This document shows, piece after piece, positions 1-10,078 of a stretch of 64,000 bases of DNA. A program made the translations under genes and the position numbers. Positions within the stretch are counted from its first letter, which is position 1, and each line of letters begins with the position of its first letter. The notes below the pieces were generated by a model. That model was not told the origin of the DNA. It was given only the letters and a program-made list of their open reading frames with translations, and did no database searches. The stretch is from a virus: the IMG/VR virus record IMGVR_UViG_3300017824_001452, one strand, 5' to 3'.

Positions 1-2
1 TA

Positions 3-3000
3 GTTTATCGTAATCAACGAGATGGCAATGTTGATAAAATTATACAAGCAGAGCCTAGACCATTATATGATTTAGCAGATGAAGAAGACTATAATCTGAG
101 AACTCCAGCCGGAGATATCTATGGTAATGCAGAAGAAGAATCTAAATATCAACGTTATTATCAAAGGATGAATGATTCCTTTCGATCATCAAACGCATTA
201 CCCTTTTTACCTTCAATTTCTATTATAGAAAAATATCCTGGTTTAAAAGAATTATACAAGGACACTTCTTTAGCATCACCTAAAACAAAAGAAGTATCAA
301 ATGCCAACGTAAAAGATTTTGGAAAAACAAAACGTGAATCAAACAAACGATCATATTATAGAAATGACTGGCATGATACCACAGCAGAAACAATGCGTAA
401 CTTTATTGTTCAACCCAAAGATGCAGAAGAAGGTGAATCATATGCCATTAGTTGGAGTCCAGAAATTCCTCAATTAAGTGAAATTTATCATTCTGCTTCA
501 GACGGTACTCAGACAAAGATAGGGGACAAGCAAACTAAAAGACATGTTTTAAAAAGTTTTCCTGAAATCAGAGCATTACAAATAAAAGACTGGGATAAAT
601 TTATTAAAAATAATCCTGAGTATGATGTTAAAGAACATGGCGCAGGTGACAGCAGTTATAATGATGATATATTACAAGATTGGAGTTTTTCGCCCACAGA
701 GGTTGTTGATAATGATCGTGTAATAGTATCACAGTTCGGACCCAAACAAGGAGACCCCTTCCAACTACCTAGTTTTGAAGTTTTTCCTAAACAAAAAAAT
801 CCATTTGGTAAAGTAGGAGATACATTTTTTATTTACTTAAGTTTAAAAGATTATCGCGGCAAGTCAGGAAAAATTAGTGACATTAGAATAGAACGTATCG
901 GGAAAAACACTCATCATTTTGTACCTGTTAATAAATATGGTAGGACTGAAAAACAGGGCAATGAAGATTTTGTACAAGCCGGAGTTCAATTAAGAGAAAA
1001 TCAATATAGTTTAGACTCTAAAGAAATTATCGATTTCTTTAAATACTATCCTGAATTAAGAGGAATGATTAAAGATGAAAATGTACATCCTAAAGTTCCG
1101 CATCCAGCACTTGCAAAACAACCAGAAGATTCTTCAGAAAATGTTCAGCAAATGGACGGATTTAAATTAGAAAAACAAACAACAAATGATCCTAACTTAG
1201 ACAAATACTTTATTGTACCAGATGAAGAAAAATACCCCGGTGAGTATTATACTATGTTTGAGTATCATCCTTTAAAAACAAATCCATTAGGAAAATCAAC
1301 TAACGTATTTACAGATTACGGAAGACCTGTAGCATTTAATGAAAGGGGAATGATTCAATTAGGTGTTGGGGAACAAAAAAATAATAGTTATCATAGTAAA
1401 AACGATTCAATGTCAGACTTTGTAGATTCTGCTAGGGGAGGTGCAGGAAGTATTACACCTAACACACCTCTTTATAATGAACTAATGGAACGTTTTCCCG
1501 AGTTGGCAAATTATATTGCTGAAAAGAGTAAAGAGATTGGAGATGTTAGAACTCAAAATCTAACAGAAGAAGATATAATTGAAGTAGGACAAAACAGAGT
1601 TTATATATTTAAAAACCATGATGGCTCTGATTGTTATTATATTACCCCAATAGCAAATGAAATTAGACGAACCAATGGTGAAATTAGTGATAGACATATA
1701 TCATCTGAAACTGAAAGAAGTATGTCGCAATATCAACGAACTGCCCACACATTAAACCCAAGAAAAATAGCAGGGCATGAAGAAGATTGGGAAGATGACG
1801 ATCATTGGAACTCTGGTGAATCGTATGTGATTAACTTTGAAAGTACAGAAAGCAATCCTTTCTTACAAGTTCCTTTGTACATAGATCCTTTTAGAGGTGT
1901 TGCAGAATTACAAGTCAATGCAATCGAATTCGATAATGATAATAAAAGATATACTGCTACTGAGGCTCCACAAAATAAACAATTTATTATTGATCAATTA
2001 AGTGCTGTACCACAGCCCAATGAAGAAAATATGAACACGGCAAGTTTCACTGCTAGAAACTATCTTACAAGAGCAAAACAAAATCCAGAGTTAATGCGAT
2101 GGTTAGAACAAAAGGCAGAAGAAGCAAATGCAAAGACAAATGGCGTGGGGGCATTTATTAATTTTTTACCTATAACAACAGAACAAATGACAATAGACGT
2201 ACCAAAAGTTCATGGTGTAGATGTAGTAGGTATTGCAAAAATAGGCATTTCAAATCCTTTATATATTTGGCAAGGAAGAAAGGCTATTTTTCAAAATATA
2301 GAAGACAGATTATTAGCAGGTTCAGAAAATTATTATCAGCGGCAGGAGAGTGACAACCCCGACCCTTACACTCAATGGGCCAATGAATATGCTAATTCAA
2401 AAGATTTAGCACCAAAACAAGAAGGCGGCAGTATTAGAGGAATGTCAAGGTTTATATCTGAGACAGTATCAGAAGGTGTTGTCGGCATAAAGCCTGAATC
2501 CGGTGGCAAATTTTTAGATTATGACTATCATCGTACTACTGGCAGAGGCATTACTTTAACTCAAGTACCAGATGCTAAATGGGTAACAACAGGCAATCAA
2601 TTATTAAATTTAAATAAGATAGCCAAACCCAAAGAACTAAAACAAATGGGTTTATCACCTACACAGGCATGGGGTCCTCGACAGGTTGCTCAATTACCTA
2701 ATCCTCAAATAACAAATAAAGGTAAACCTTGGATTAATAACATTAAAGAATTTAAGTTTCCTGATGGCTTGGGTATTAATGCAAGTGGGTATGGTAACAG
2801 ATTGCCGCAAAAAGTTTTAGGTCCGGGAACAGGATATTTAATTACTTTAAATCCTATTAGTGATGAGCCTTATCGAAAACGTAAAGATGGTAAAATAGTA
2901 AACATGCAAAGTCCATGGCATACAGCAACTAGGGCTGTTAGAGATTTAGATTTACCTTGGGATTTTACTCATGGTGTTTTAGATTATTCAAGAGGAGATT

Positions 3001-4370
3001 TTGAAAAGAAAAATACTATGATGATTTATTTTTCTAATAATCGTGTTGCTTATTTCTTAGAGCCAACTTATCACGGTGATTATAGACAGTTTAATCTATC
3101 ACAAGAACAAAAGAAAAAATTATTCTTTGATCCAGAAACAGGTCTTTTCCCTGAACTAAAACCTATATTTGATCAGTATGCAAAATCAAACAAATGGTTA
3201 CGTGAAAATAAATGGCATTATATGCTGTCAAAAGTATTGTTTGAAAGTTTAGGAGATAAAGCATACTGGGAATTAAAAAAGAAAAAGCCAAAGCAAAATT
3301 ATGGTCAACTAGTATTCTTAAATAACATACGATTGACAGGAAGTTATAGTAACGAACAATTAAAAGCAATGGGCTTCTTTATGAAGAACGGCTCTTGGGC
3401 AATACAAAAGCCTAAGTATGACAGACTTGTCAGTGACGGTAAGTTAAAAGAAATGATTAACAGACCATTAAAGACTGGTACAAATAGAATACCTAAAGTA
3501 GGTAAAAAGAAAGTACAAGAAAACGTTTGGGCATTTGATGCAGAAAAAGCATTAGAGTTATTGAAAGAACCTTTACTAAGAGGTGGAGATAATGATGATG
3601 TTGATTTAAGTTGTGAAGTGTGTCAAGGACATGGCTGTGGGCCAGGCTATGACATCAAAGATGACTTGAGACGTTGGAAAGAAATGCTTATTCCAGATGC
3701 TGATTCAAAACCTGAACATCTTACAAACGAATACATTGAAGCAAGAGTAAAGAAACTAGAAGCACTTGTCAATAAGTATCCAAACGGAATACCTGACAAC
3801 ATAGATTGCACTGCTGGCATGTCTAATATGAAACACAGAGAATATCAAAAGATTAAAAGACATGATGCAGAAGATGTATTAGATGATGTTATCGGTGACG
3901 ATGGGTTATTTGATGCTATGTCTGAATTAGATGAAGAAGATGATGTTAGACCACTAATAATGAATTGGCTTAATCCAGACTGGAGAGCAAAACAAAGACC
4001 AGGGTTACCTGAATATCCACTAGTAGCAGATGTTGACTTTGCAGACCTATACAAAAGAGCAAGAAAAATTTATAACCCTTTACGTGTAGTTAAAGAAGGT
4101 AAGAAGTTACCTAGAACTAGTGAGTTCTTACATGTAAAAGAATTAGAAGACATTAAACGATTGTCTGGCGTGTATGAACGTTATCAGATACCAGTACAAG
4201 TTGAAGGTGCAACATCAGCATATTCAGGTTCAAACATATCAAAGACTGCGGCAGAGATTGCAAAGATAATGAAAGAGAAAAACATTCAGCCCGGAACTCC
4301 TGAATGGTTTCAACTGTGGTTTTCACTACCAAAAATGACTGGCGAAAAGCCAACCGGAGATATAAAATGA
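3..4370 (+). CDS. Very large (>1450 aa, 5'-truncated by window) putative virion-internal protein with degenerate repeats, a CxxCxGxG zinc finger and a C-terminal EDIKRLSG motif
   Basis: Frame is open from position 3 (VYRNQRDG...), upstream of the track's M at 168. Contains recurring (F/Y)PEL motifs, CEVCQGHG and ELEDIKRLSG; the stop overlaps the next ATG (ATGA). Confidence 0.75.
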   Translation, partial: VYRNQRDGNVDKIIQAEPRPLYDLADEEDYNLRTPAGDIYGNAEEESKYQRYYQRMNDSFRSSNALPFLPSISIIEKYPGLKELYKDTSLASPKTKEVSNANVKDFGKTKRESNKRSYYRNDWHDTTAETMRNFIVQPKDAEEGESYAISWSPEIPQLSEIYHSASDGTQTKIGDKQTKRHVLKSFPEIRALQIKDWDKFIKNNPEYDVKEHGAGDSSYNDDILQDWSFSPTEVVDNDRVIVSQFGPKQGDPFQLPSFEVFPKQKNPFGKVGDTFFIYLSLKDYRGKSGKISDIRIERIGKNTHHFVPVNKYGRTEKQGNEDFVQAGVQLRENQYSLDSKEIIDFFKYYPELRGMIKDENVHPKVPHPALAKQPEDSSENVQQMDGFKLEKQTTNDPNLDKYFIVPDEEKYPGEYYTMFEYHPLKTNPLGKSTNVFTDYGRPVAFNERGMIQLGVGEQKNNSYHSKNDSMSDFVDSARGGAGSITPNTPLYNELMERFPELANYIAEKSKEIGDVRTQNLTEEDIIEVGQNRVYIFKNHDGSDCYYITPIANEIRRTNGEISDRHISSETERSMSQYQRTAHTLNPRKIAGHEEDWEDDDHWNSGESYVINFESTESNPFLQVPLYIDPFRGVAELQVNAIEFDNDNKRYTATEAPQNKQFIIDQLSAVPQPNEENMNTASFTARNYLTRAKQNPELMRWLEQKAEEANAKTNGVGAFINFLPITTEQMTIDVPKVHGVDVVGIAKIGISNPLYIWQGRKAIFQNIEDRLLAGSENYYQRQESDNPDPYTQWANEYANSKDLAPKQEGGSIRGMSRFISETVSEGVVGIKPESGGKFLDYDYHRTTGRGITLTQVPDAKWVTTGNQLLNLNKIAKPKELKQMGLSPTQAWGPRQVAQLPNPQITNKGKPWINNIKEFKFPDGLGINASGYGNRLPQKVLGPGTGYLITLNPISDEPYRKRKDGKIVNMQSPWHTATRAVRDLDLPWDFTHGVLDYSRGDFEKKNTMMIYFSNNRVAYFLEPTYHGDYRQFNLSQEQKKKLFFDPETGLFPELKPIFDQYAKSNKWLRENKWHYMLSKVLFESLGDKAYWELKKKKPKQNYGQLVFLNNIRLTGSYSNEQLKAMGFFMKNGSWAIQKPKYDRLVSDGKLKEMINRPLKTGTNRIPKVGKKKVQENVWAFDAEKALELLKEPLLRGGDNDDVDLSCEVCQGHGCGPGYDIKDDLRRWKEMLIPDADSKPEHLTNEYIEARVKKLEALVNKYPNGIPDNIDCTAGMSNMKHREYQKIKRHDAEDVLDDVIGDDGLFDAMSELDEEDDVRPLIMNWLNPDWRAKQRPGLPEYPLVADVDFADLYKRARKIYNPLRVVKEGKKLPRTSEFLHVKELEDIKRLSGVYERYQIPVQVEGATSAYSGSNISKTAAEIAKIMKEKNIQPGTPEWFQLWFSLPKMTGEKPTGDIK

Positions 4371-4669
4371 AAGAAGTAAATTATGACGAATTAAATCGTA
4401 TCAGAGAATTATCAGGTACGTTGCGTGAATCATGGCAAGAGAAAATGAAAGATAGACCTATGCCATTTGATGCACAAATATTAGATGATGAACCTGCAAC
4501 TGTAATGAATCCTATCAGTGGTGCTACTATTAAACTTGACCCACAAGAAATTGCAGTATATGATGTTATCATGGGTGCGAACTTAACACAGCAATGGGAC
4601 TTAGTAAGAAAAGGTTCTGACTGGTTTAGAAAACATAATCCAGAAGCATATATGGTTTTAATAGACTAA
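4367..4669 (+). CDS. Hypothetical protein with DELNRIRELSG motif (putative virion-internal)
   Basis: ATGA overlap with upstream stop and GGAG upstream support the start at 4367 (MKEVNYDELNRIRELSGTLRES), not the track's 4304. Confidence 0.75.
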   Translation: MKEVNYDELNRIRELSGTLRESWQEKMKDRPMPFDAQILDDEPATVMNPISGATIKLDPQEIAVYDVIMGANLTQQWDLVRKGSDWFRKHNPEAYMVLID

Positions 4670-4836
4670 TGAAGATAAGAGAAGTTATTACAGAGGCTGA
4701 CGTAGAATACAGTTCTACAAAGCCCGGGAAACGTATGCACAAGATTGGTGATATATATGGTAAAAAGAATACCGATCTGCCCACCGCTAAATATAAAGAT
4801 AATAGAAACGATAAACAAAAAGGAATATTTAAATGA
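4669..4836 (+). CDS. Small basic protein (55 aa) with capsid-targeting-like N-terminus MKIREVITE
   Basis: Not in ORF track; TAATG and ATGA overlaps with both neighbours fill the gap exactly. Confidence 0.7.
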   Translation: MKIREVITEADVEYSSTKPGKRMHKIGDIYGKKNTDLPTAKYKDNRNDKQKGIFK

Positions 4837-5318
4837 AAAAAATAGTATTTGGAGTAGTCGCAGTTGTAGTAATTTTACTTGCATTTGCAGGCTGCCAAGA
4901 AAAAAGACTCGGTAGTGATCCAGTCACATTAGCATTACAAGTTACTAATAAAGGAGATCAATCATTCCAATGTAAGCAAACTTGGGGTGTCGATAAAAAA
5001 GATGTTACTACTGATGTTGCTGTAGGACAAACTGTAAACTTACAGTCTAATACACATTCACCATCAGGATCAGTACTTACATGTTACATTACTCCGCCGA
5101 CATCAGTAAAAGACCCTAATCCAGGTAATGGTAACTTTCAAATGAGTTATGGCTACTGGAGTGGCTCAGCACACGTAACATGTGATAACGATTGTAACAA
5201 AGGTTATCCTACTGCATCAGTTCATTACACAGGTAATAATTGGAAATATACAGCAACTTTTGCAAAACCACAATCAGAACCTTACAACTCTGTTGTAATC
5301 ACTACCGGCGATCTCTAA
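4833..5318 (+). CDS. Predicted lipoprotein, beta-rich, Cys-containing
   Basis: MKK, hydrophobic stretch and lipobox LAFAG-C. Confidence 0.7.
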   Translation: MKKIVFGVVAVVVILLAFAGCQEKRLGSDPVTLALQVTNKGDQSFQCKQTWGVDKKDVTTDVAVGQTVNLQSNTHSPSGSVLTCYITPPTSVKDPNPGNGNFQMSYGYWSGSAHVTCDNDCNKGYPTASVHYTGNNWKYTATFAKPQSEPYNSVVITTGDL

Positions 5319-5319
5319 T

Positions 5320-5889
5320 ATGAAATCAAGGGACTTCAGAAAACTGAACGAGAGCATTGATTTTTCAGTGACGAAGTCCTATGTGGATGACAGAGGCAAA
5401 ACCGTACATGATATGAGTCACTTTGGTGAACGCAAAGATGTAGATTGTTGGGTTTGTGATGGTACAGGTAAAGACAAATATTACGATGAAGCGGACTGTG
5501 ATTATTGCGAGGGTAAAGGACAAAGACTTGAGTTTGTAAGTGATGCTCCTGAAATGAATGTCAGTAATTCTAATGCATTTAAAATCATTGATATGTTAGG
5601 ATTAGAAAAAGTTGCAGGACATGTAGATAATAAAGATTTGCCTGCTGTCATGCGTAGACTTATACAATTAAAAAATGCAGACACATCACAATATACTGAG
5701 CCAGGTTCAATGACAGGCGGTAAGATAGGTGCGTATAAAGACAAAGACGGTATGGATAGAATAGGAAAAACAGGTATAACTATGTACCACGGTGGCACTA
5801 GTGACAGACAAATAAATCAGTACATCGATCAATTAATAAAAATAGTTAAATTTGCCCAAGACAATGACGCCGACTTCGGTTGGGGATAG
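5320..5889 (+). CDS. Hypothetical protein with DnaJ-type zinc finger
   Basis: CWVCDGTG and CDYCEGKG; N-terminus MKSRDFRKLNE. Confidence 0.7.
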   Translation: MKSRDFRKLNESIDFSVTKSYVDDRGKTVHDMSHFGERKDVDCWVCDGTGKDKYYDEADCDYCEGKGQRLEFVSDAPEMNVSNSNAFKIIDMLGLEKVAGHVDNKDLPAVMRRLIQLKNADTSQYTEPGSMTGGKIGAYKDKDGMDRIGKTGITMYHGGTSDRQINQYIDQLIKIVKFAQDNDADFGWG

Positions 5890-5892
5890 TCA

Positions 5893-6363
5893 ATGAAAAT
5901 AAAAATCGTACCAACTGAACCTCGTTGCGGTGATTGTACAATGTGTTGTCAAACTGTAGGGTTTACAGGAGATTGGAAGATTACTGATCTTTACAACGAA
6001 GCAGAAAAATTTGATATTGATTTCGGACCCTGGGAAACTTGCAATAAACTATGCGACACCGGGTGTTCTATACAAGAAAATAAACCTAGAGTCTGTAAAG
6101 AATTCTTTTGTCAATTTATAGAACGCAACCTTTCAGAAAAACACCATCCTAAAAATACAGGGTTTGTAACGTTTAGAGACGGTTTACCCTTAAACAGTCG
6201 AATTGTCATACACTCTAATGATAAAGAATTACCGCCCGATATTCAATACAAAAACAATAAAGAATTACTCAACGACATGTTAGATGAAATGCAAGATAAA
6301 TTAGGACAAGATTGGCTGTTTGCTCAATTAAGTACTAAAAAAGGTAAGATAAGAATACGATGA
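5893..6363 (+). CDS. YkgJ-like CxxCxxCC zinc/Fe-S cluster protein
   Basis: CGDCTMCC...CNKLCDTGCSIQENKPRVCKEFFC pattern. Confidence 0.7.
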   Translation: MKIKIVPTEPRCGDCTMCCQTVGFTGDWKITDLYNEAEKFDIDFGPWETCNKLCDTGCSIQENKPRVCKEFFCQFIERNLSEKHHPKNTGFVTFRDGLPLNSRIVIHSNDKELPPDIQYKNNKELLNDMLDEMQDKLGQDWLFAQLSTKKGKIRIR

Positions 6364-7802
6364 GATTTTTTATCTGCAAGGAAAAATCTAAATTTACAAA
6401 AGACTGGAACATAGAAAATTTTGGTGATTGGTATTTTATACGTGAAAATGATGTTGAATTATTTGAAGGAGAAAATTTTATTGTATTACATTCCGGTTAT
6501 TTAATTGACGATGACATAGATGAAGTTTGTAAAAACTTTAGTTTTAAAAAAACCAATGGAAATTTCTTTGCAATAAAACTCACCAAAGACAATTATGAAT
6601 TAGCATTAGATTATTTTCAAAACCATAAATTGTTTATCGGTAACAAACACGGTATAGAAATTACTAACTATTTGCCCTACATGACAATTAAGCAAGAAGA
6701 CATTGTTAGAACAAGTGTTAAACCAGATCAATATGAACGTGAACTATCAGAAACAGAACGCACTACTTATTATGATAAGATATTTATTTTTGATCCAGGC
6801 TATGATTACATACAAGATGCAAAAGATGCATTTGCACAAGAAATTTGGCATGATCAAGCAGAATTAACCGACTATATACATGGGTGTATGCAACAACACG
6901 CAGATATTATTAAAGAAAAATATCCAGTTAGGATGTGTTCTTTGAGTGAAGGATTTGATTCAGCAGTACAAGGTCAATTTTTTAAAGATGACCGACAATT
7001 ATTATATATTGTAGAGCCGTGCATTTCAGCAGAAAACCATAAAAAATTTATAAAATTAGCACAAGAACAGTTTCCTAATACGCATGTTATGGAATATGAA
7101 ACACAATATAACAGACAGCATTGCCTAGATCACTTGACGGATTCTTCATGTCGTTGGCAATCTGTACTGCCAACACTGATGCAAGTAAAAATGCAAGACA
7201 TTAAACCTGATATTATCATGTACGGCAGTAATGGTAACGAGATGTTTTGTAGAGATTTAATACCTCATATGTTATTTTTGTGTTTACAGTATTATAACAC
7301 TGATAAAATTAAAATGAAAGAAGATTTTTTAGCAGATATACGAAACAAAAATAATCTATATGGCTCTACATATTCAATATTAAATTCTGAAGAAGAACAG
7401 AACTCACACCACGGTTTTACTGCTATTGTTAATAAATTTGTTGACAAATGGTTTGACTCACCGAATACACACTATCTATCACATAAAAAATATGAAGAAT
7501 TTGAAAATGAATTAATAAATCTTACAACTCCTAAATTATATACACGTGTAATTACAGGTAATATAAACATTATGGCTTCATCATTATACAGTGATAGAAA
7601 GATATTTTATGAATTTTTAAAATCTGATAACAATGTATTAAGTGGTACTGCAATGAACGCACCAACACAACGAGCATTGCTAGATAAATATAACTATAAG
7701 TTTGTAACACCACGCAATGATGTAGTTTTTGCAGACTACAATGAATTATATACTACATCTTATGAAGCCACTATTGACCACGATTTAGAGCAAAACATAT
7801 GA
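6360..7802 (+). CDS. Divergent asparagine synthetase-like (PP-loop) protein
   Basis: SLSEGFDS resembles the SGGxDS PP-loop; YGSNGNEMF resembles GxGADExF; N-terminal region is GATase-like. Confidence 0.5.
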   Translation: MRFFICKEKSKFTKDWNIENFGDWYFIRENDVELFEGENFIVLHSGYLIDDDIDEVCKNFSFKKTNGNFFAIKLTKDNYELALDYFQNHKLFIGNKHGIEITNYLPYMTIKQEDIVRTSVKPDQYERELSETERTTYYDKIFIFDPGYDYIQDAKDAFAQEIWHDQAELTDYIHGCMQQHADIIKEKYPVRMCSLSEGFDSAVQGQFFKDDRQLLYIVEPCISAENHKKFIKLAQEQFPNTHVMEYETQYNRQHCLDHLTDSSCRWQSVLPTLMQVKMQDIKPDIIMYGSNGNEMFCRDLIPHMLFLCLQYYNTDKIKMKEDFLADIRNKNNLYGSTYSILNSEEEQNSHHGFTAIVNKFVDKWFDSPNTHYLSHKKYEEFENELINLTTPKLYTRVITGNINIMASSLYSDRKIFYEFLKSDNNVLSGTAMNAPTQRALLDKYNYKFVTPRNDVVFADYNELYTTSYEATIDHDLEQNI

Positions 7803-8422
7803 GAGCAACAGAATTTATAAGTGAAGGATTTGCAGGAATACCTGATTATAAAACAATGCCTGCTTACAAACTTAAAAAAGCATCTAAAGGTAAACACAAA
7901 TTCTTTTTGCCTACAGACACTCCTGTCCCTGCAGGTGTATCTGCATTAGACGAATACAATTTAGATAATGAAAAAGGTTTGGGTGTCGTTCCTAATAATA
8001 CAGGCGGTCAACCAGACTATTTCGGTATTCGTGTTATGATGAAACCTTCTACATTTCATAAGTTAGCATTAAGTTTACCAAGAGATATGCGTAGTTCACA
8101 ATATGAAGATTTAGTTGATAAAGTTCGTAAGGGCGTCCCTATTGCAAGTCCTTTCTTATCTATTGTAATACCCGATGAGTGGGAAGAAGGCGATCTATCA
8201 CAGCCTGCGAAGGTCACAGGGCACGAAGGAAGACACAGAATGTATGCAGTCGATGAAGTAGACGGAGACGTTCCAGTTGAAGTACATATATGGGGAAGAT
8301 TTAAATCTAGTGAAATGCGTAGGCGACATCTCACCGATGAGATGATACAAGAACTAATAAATGGACTCGTTGACGAGACCGGAAATAATTACATTCCTAA
8401 TATCGGCACACTAAAGAACTAA
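7799..8422 (+). CDS. ParB/sulfiredoxin-like domain protein with capsid-targeting-like N-terminus
   Basis: VTGHEGRHR matches the ParB/Srx dG.HR motif; N-terminus MRATEFISE. Confidence 0.6.
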   Translation: MRATEFISEGFAGIPDYKTMPAYKLKKASKGKHKFFLPTDTPVPAGVSALDEYNLDNEKGLGVVPNNTGGQPDYFGIRVMMKPSTFHKLALSLPRDMRSSQYEDLVDKVRKGVPIASPFLSIVIPDEWEEGDLSQPAKVTGHEGRHRMYAVDEVDGDVPVEVHIWGRFKSSEMRRRHLTDEMIQELINGLVDETGNNYIPNIGTLKN

Positions 8423-8423
8423 T

Positions 8424-10067
8424 ATGTCTAAAGGTCACATGATAATCATGGGTGGGTTTATCGAACTGCATGACAATATGTTTGAACAAGCCGATGATCT
8501 TACAGAATATTGGTGGCCCAGTCTTAAACGAAGTGCAGGTAGTCATCGCATTGCAACTGTACTTAGAGAAGAAGGTTATGATGTAGAAGTACTTGATTTT
8601 TGGCCTGCTTGGTCTCGTTTACAATTAATACAATTTTTTCAAACACATGTAAGAGAAGATACATTGGCAATTGGACTTTCAGTAATGTTTCCGTTCGGAA
8701 ACATAGCCCGCAAGGGTGTCGGCGCTAAAAAGAAAATCCTAGAAATGCTTCAAACGATAAAATTTTTAAAAGAACTATATCCACATGTTAAATTTGTAGG
8801 AGGATCGCAAAATTTAGTATCGTTGACAGATTGGGATTTAGATTATTATGTAACTGGGTATGCAGAACTTGCAATTAGTGAACTGCTTAAATATTTTAAA
8901 CGTGAATTTAATACTTTAAAAATAACAGAACGTAAACTAGATCATAAAAAAATAAATGTTATAGATTCTTTGCATGATTATCCAGCATATCCTATGCCTA
9001 CTGCTCATATAAAGTATGAAGAACGAGATTATATAAAACCCACCGAAGTATTGTCTTTAGAACTTTCTCGAGGTTGTAAATTTGCTTGTAAGTTTTGTGC
9101 GTTTAGTTTATTGGGAGTAAGGGGAGATTATTCTCGGTGTAAGGATAGCCTTAGAGAAGAATTGTTAGATAATTATAACAAATGGGGAGTTACAAATTAT
9201 AATTGCACTGATGAAACAATCAATGATAAACCTGAAAAATTAGCCAAATATGCTGAAGTAATTAGAAGTTTACCGTTCCAACCCCATATGGGAGGATTTA
9301 TGAGAGCGGACTTGTTAGTAGCCAAACCTAGTACATGGCAAGATTTATATGATATGGGTTTACGATCACACTATTATGGTTTAGAATCTTTCAATCATGA
9401 GGCGGCTAAGTATGTAGGTAAAGGCATGAACCCAGATAAACTAAAAAGTGGGTTACTTGAAGTACAAAAATGGTTTAAAGACAAAGAAGCAGGGAGAGGA
9501 GATTATAATGTCCATACATCAATAATTTTAGGATTACCGGGCGAGACAAAAGAGTCATTCCTTGAAGGTGCAGACTGGTTAAAGAATAACTTTGGTGGTC
9601 ATTCATATGGGATATCTGTTTTGTATATGGGAGATTCTACTATGGCTAACTTTCTTTCGCATCCTTCAGAGTTTGAGGTTACATGGAGAGAAGGAGATGT
9701 ATTTAGACAATTATCATTAGAAGACCTAAAAGAATTAGATAAAGCAGATCCGATAAAAGATCCTGAAATTAGAACAGAAATATTTGAAAGAAATCAAGTT
9801 AAGTGGGAACATGATACTATGAACATTTGGGACGCATATAAAACATTTGACGAAATGATGGCTGATCCTAATTCATTAAAAAATCATGTCAGTGGACCCG
9901 GTCCTTTTTCTTATCACAGATTTCTTACAACAGGTAAATATACAATGCAAGATATTTACGATAATACTTACGGAGAAAACGGTTTTGAACAAATAACTGA
10001 TAGTGATATAAATAGTCATAGAGAATTTCTTAATGATTATATTAATAAAAAATTAGGCAAAGAGTGA
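8424..10067 (+). CDS. B12-binding-type radical SAM protein
   Basis: LELSRGCKFACKFC (CxxxCxxC), GLESFN, IILGLPGET; N-terminal Rossmann-like domain. Confidence 0.85.
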   Translation: MSKGHMIIMGGFIELHDNMFEQADDLTEYWWPSLKRSAGSHRIATVLREEGYDVEVLDFWPAWSRLQLIQFFQTHVREDTLAIGLSVMFPFGNIARKGVGAKKKILEMLQTIKFLKELYPHVKFVGGSQNLVSLTDWDLDYYVTGYAELAISELLKYFKREFNTLKITERKLDHKKINVIDSLHDYPAYPMPTAHIKYEERDYIKPTEVLSLELSRGCKFACKFCAFSLLGVRGDYSRCKDSLREELLDNYNKWGVTNYNCTDETINDKPEKLAKYAEVIRSLPFQPHMGGFMRADLLVAKPSTWQDLYDMGLRSHYYGLESFNHEAAKYVGKGMNPDKLKSGLLEVQKWFKDKEAGRGDYNVHTSIILGLPGETKESFLEGADWLKNNFGGHSYGISVLYMGDSTMANFLSHPSEFEVTWREGDVFRQLSLEDLKELDKADPIKDPEIRTEIFERNQVKWEHDTMNIWDAYKTFDEMMADPNSLKNHVSGPGPFSYHRFLTTGKYTMQDIYDNTYGENGFEQITDSDINSHREFLNDYINKKLGKE

Positions 10068-10078
10068 TAAATATTAAT

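Noticed and set aside
6360-7802. Substitute for the missing QueC
   Set aside because: It has a PP-loop-like motif but no QueC zinc-binding Cys cluster, has AsnB-like architecture, and lies far from the dpd genes.
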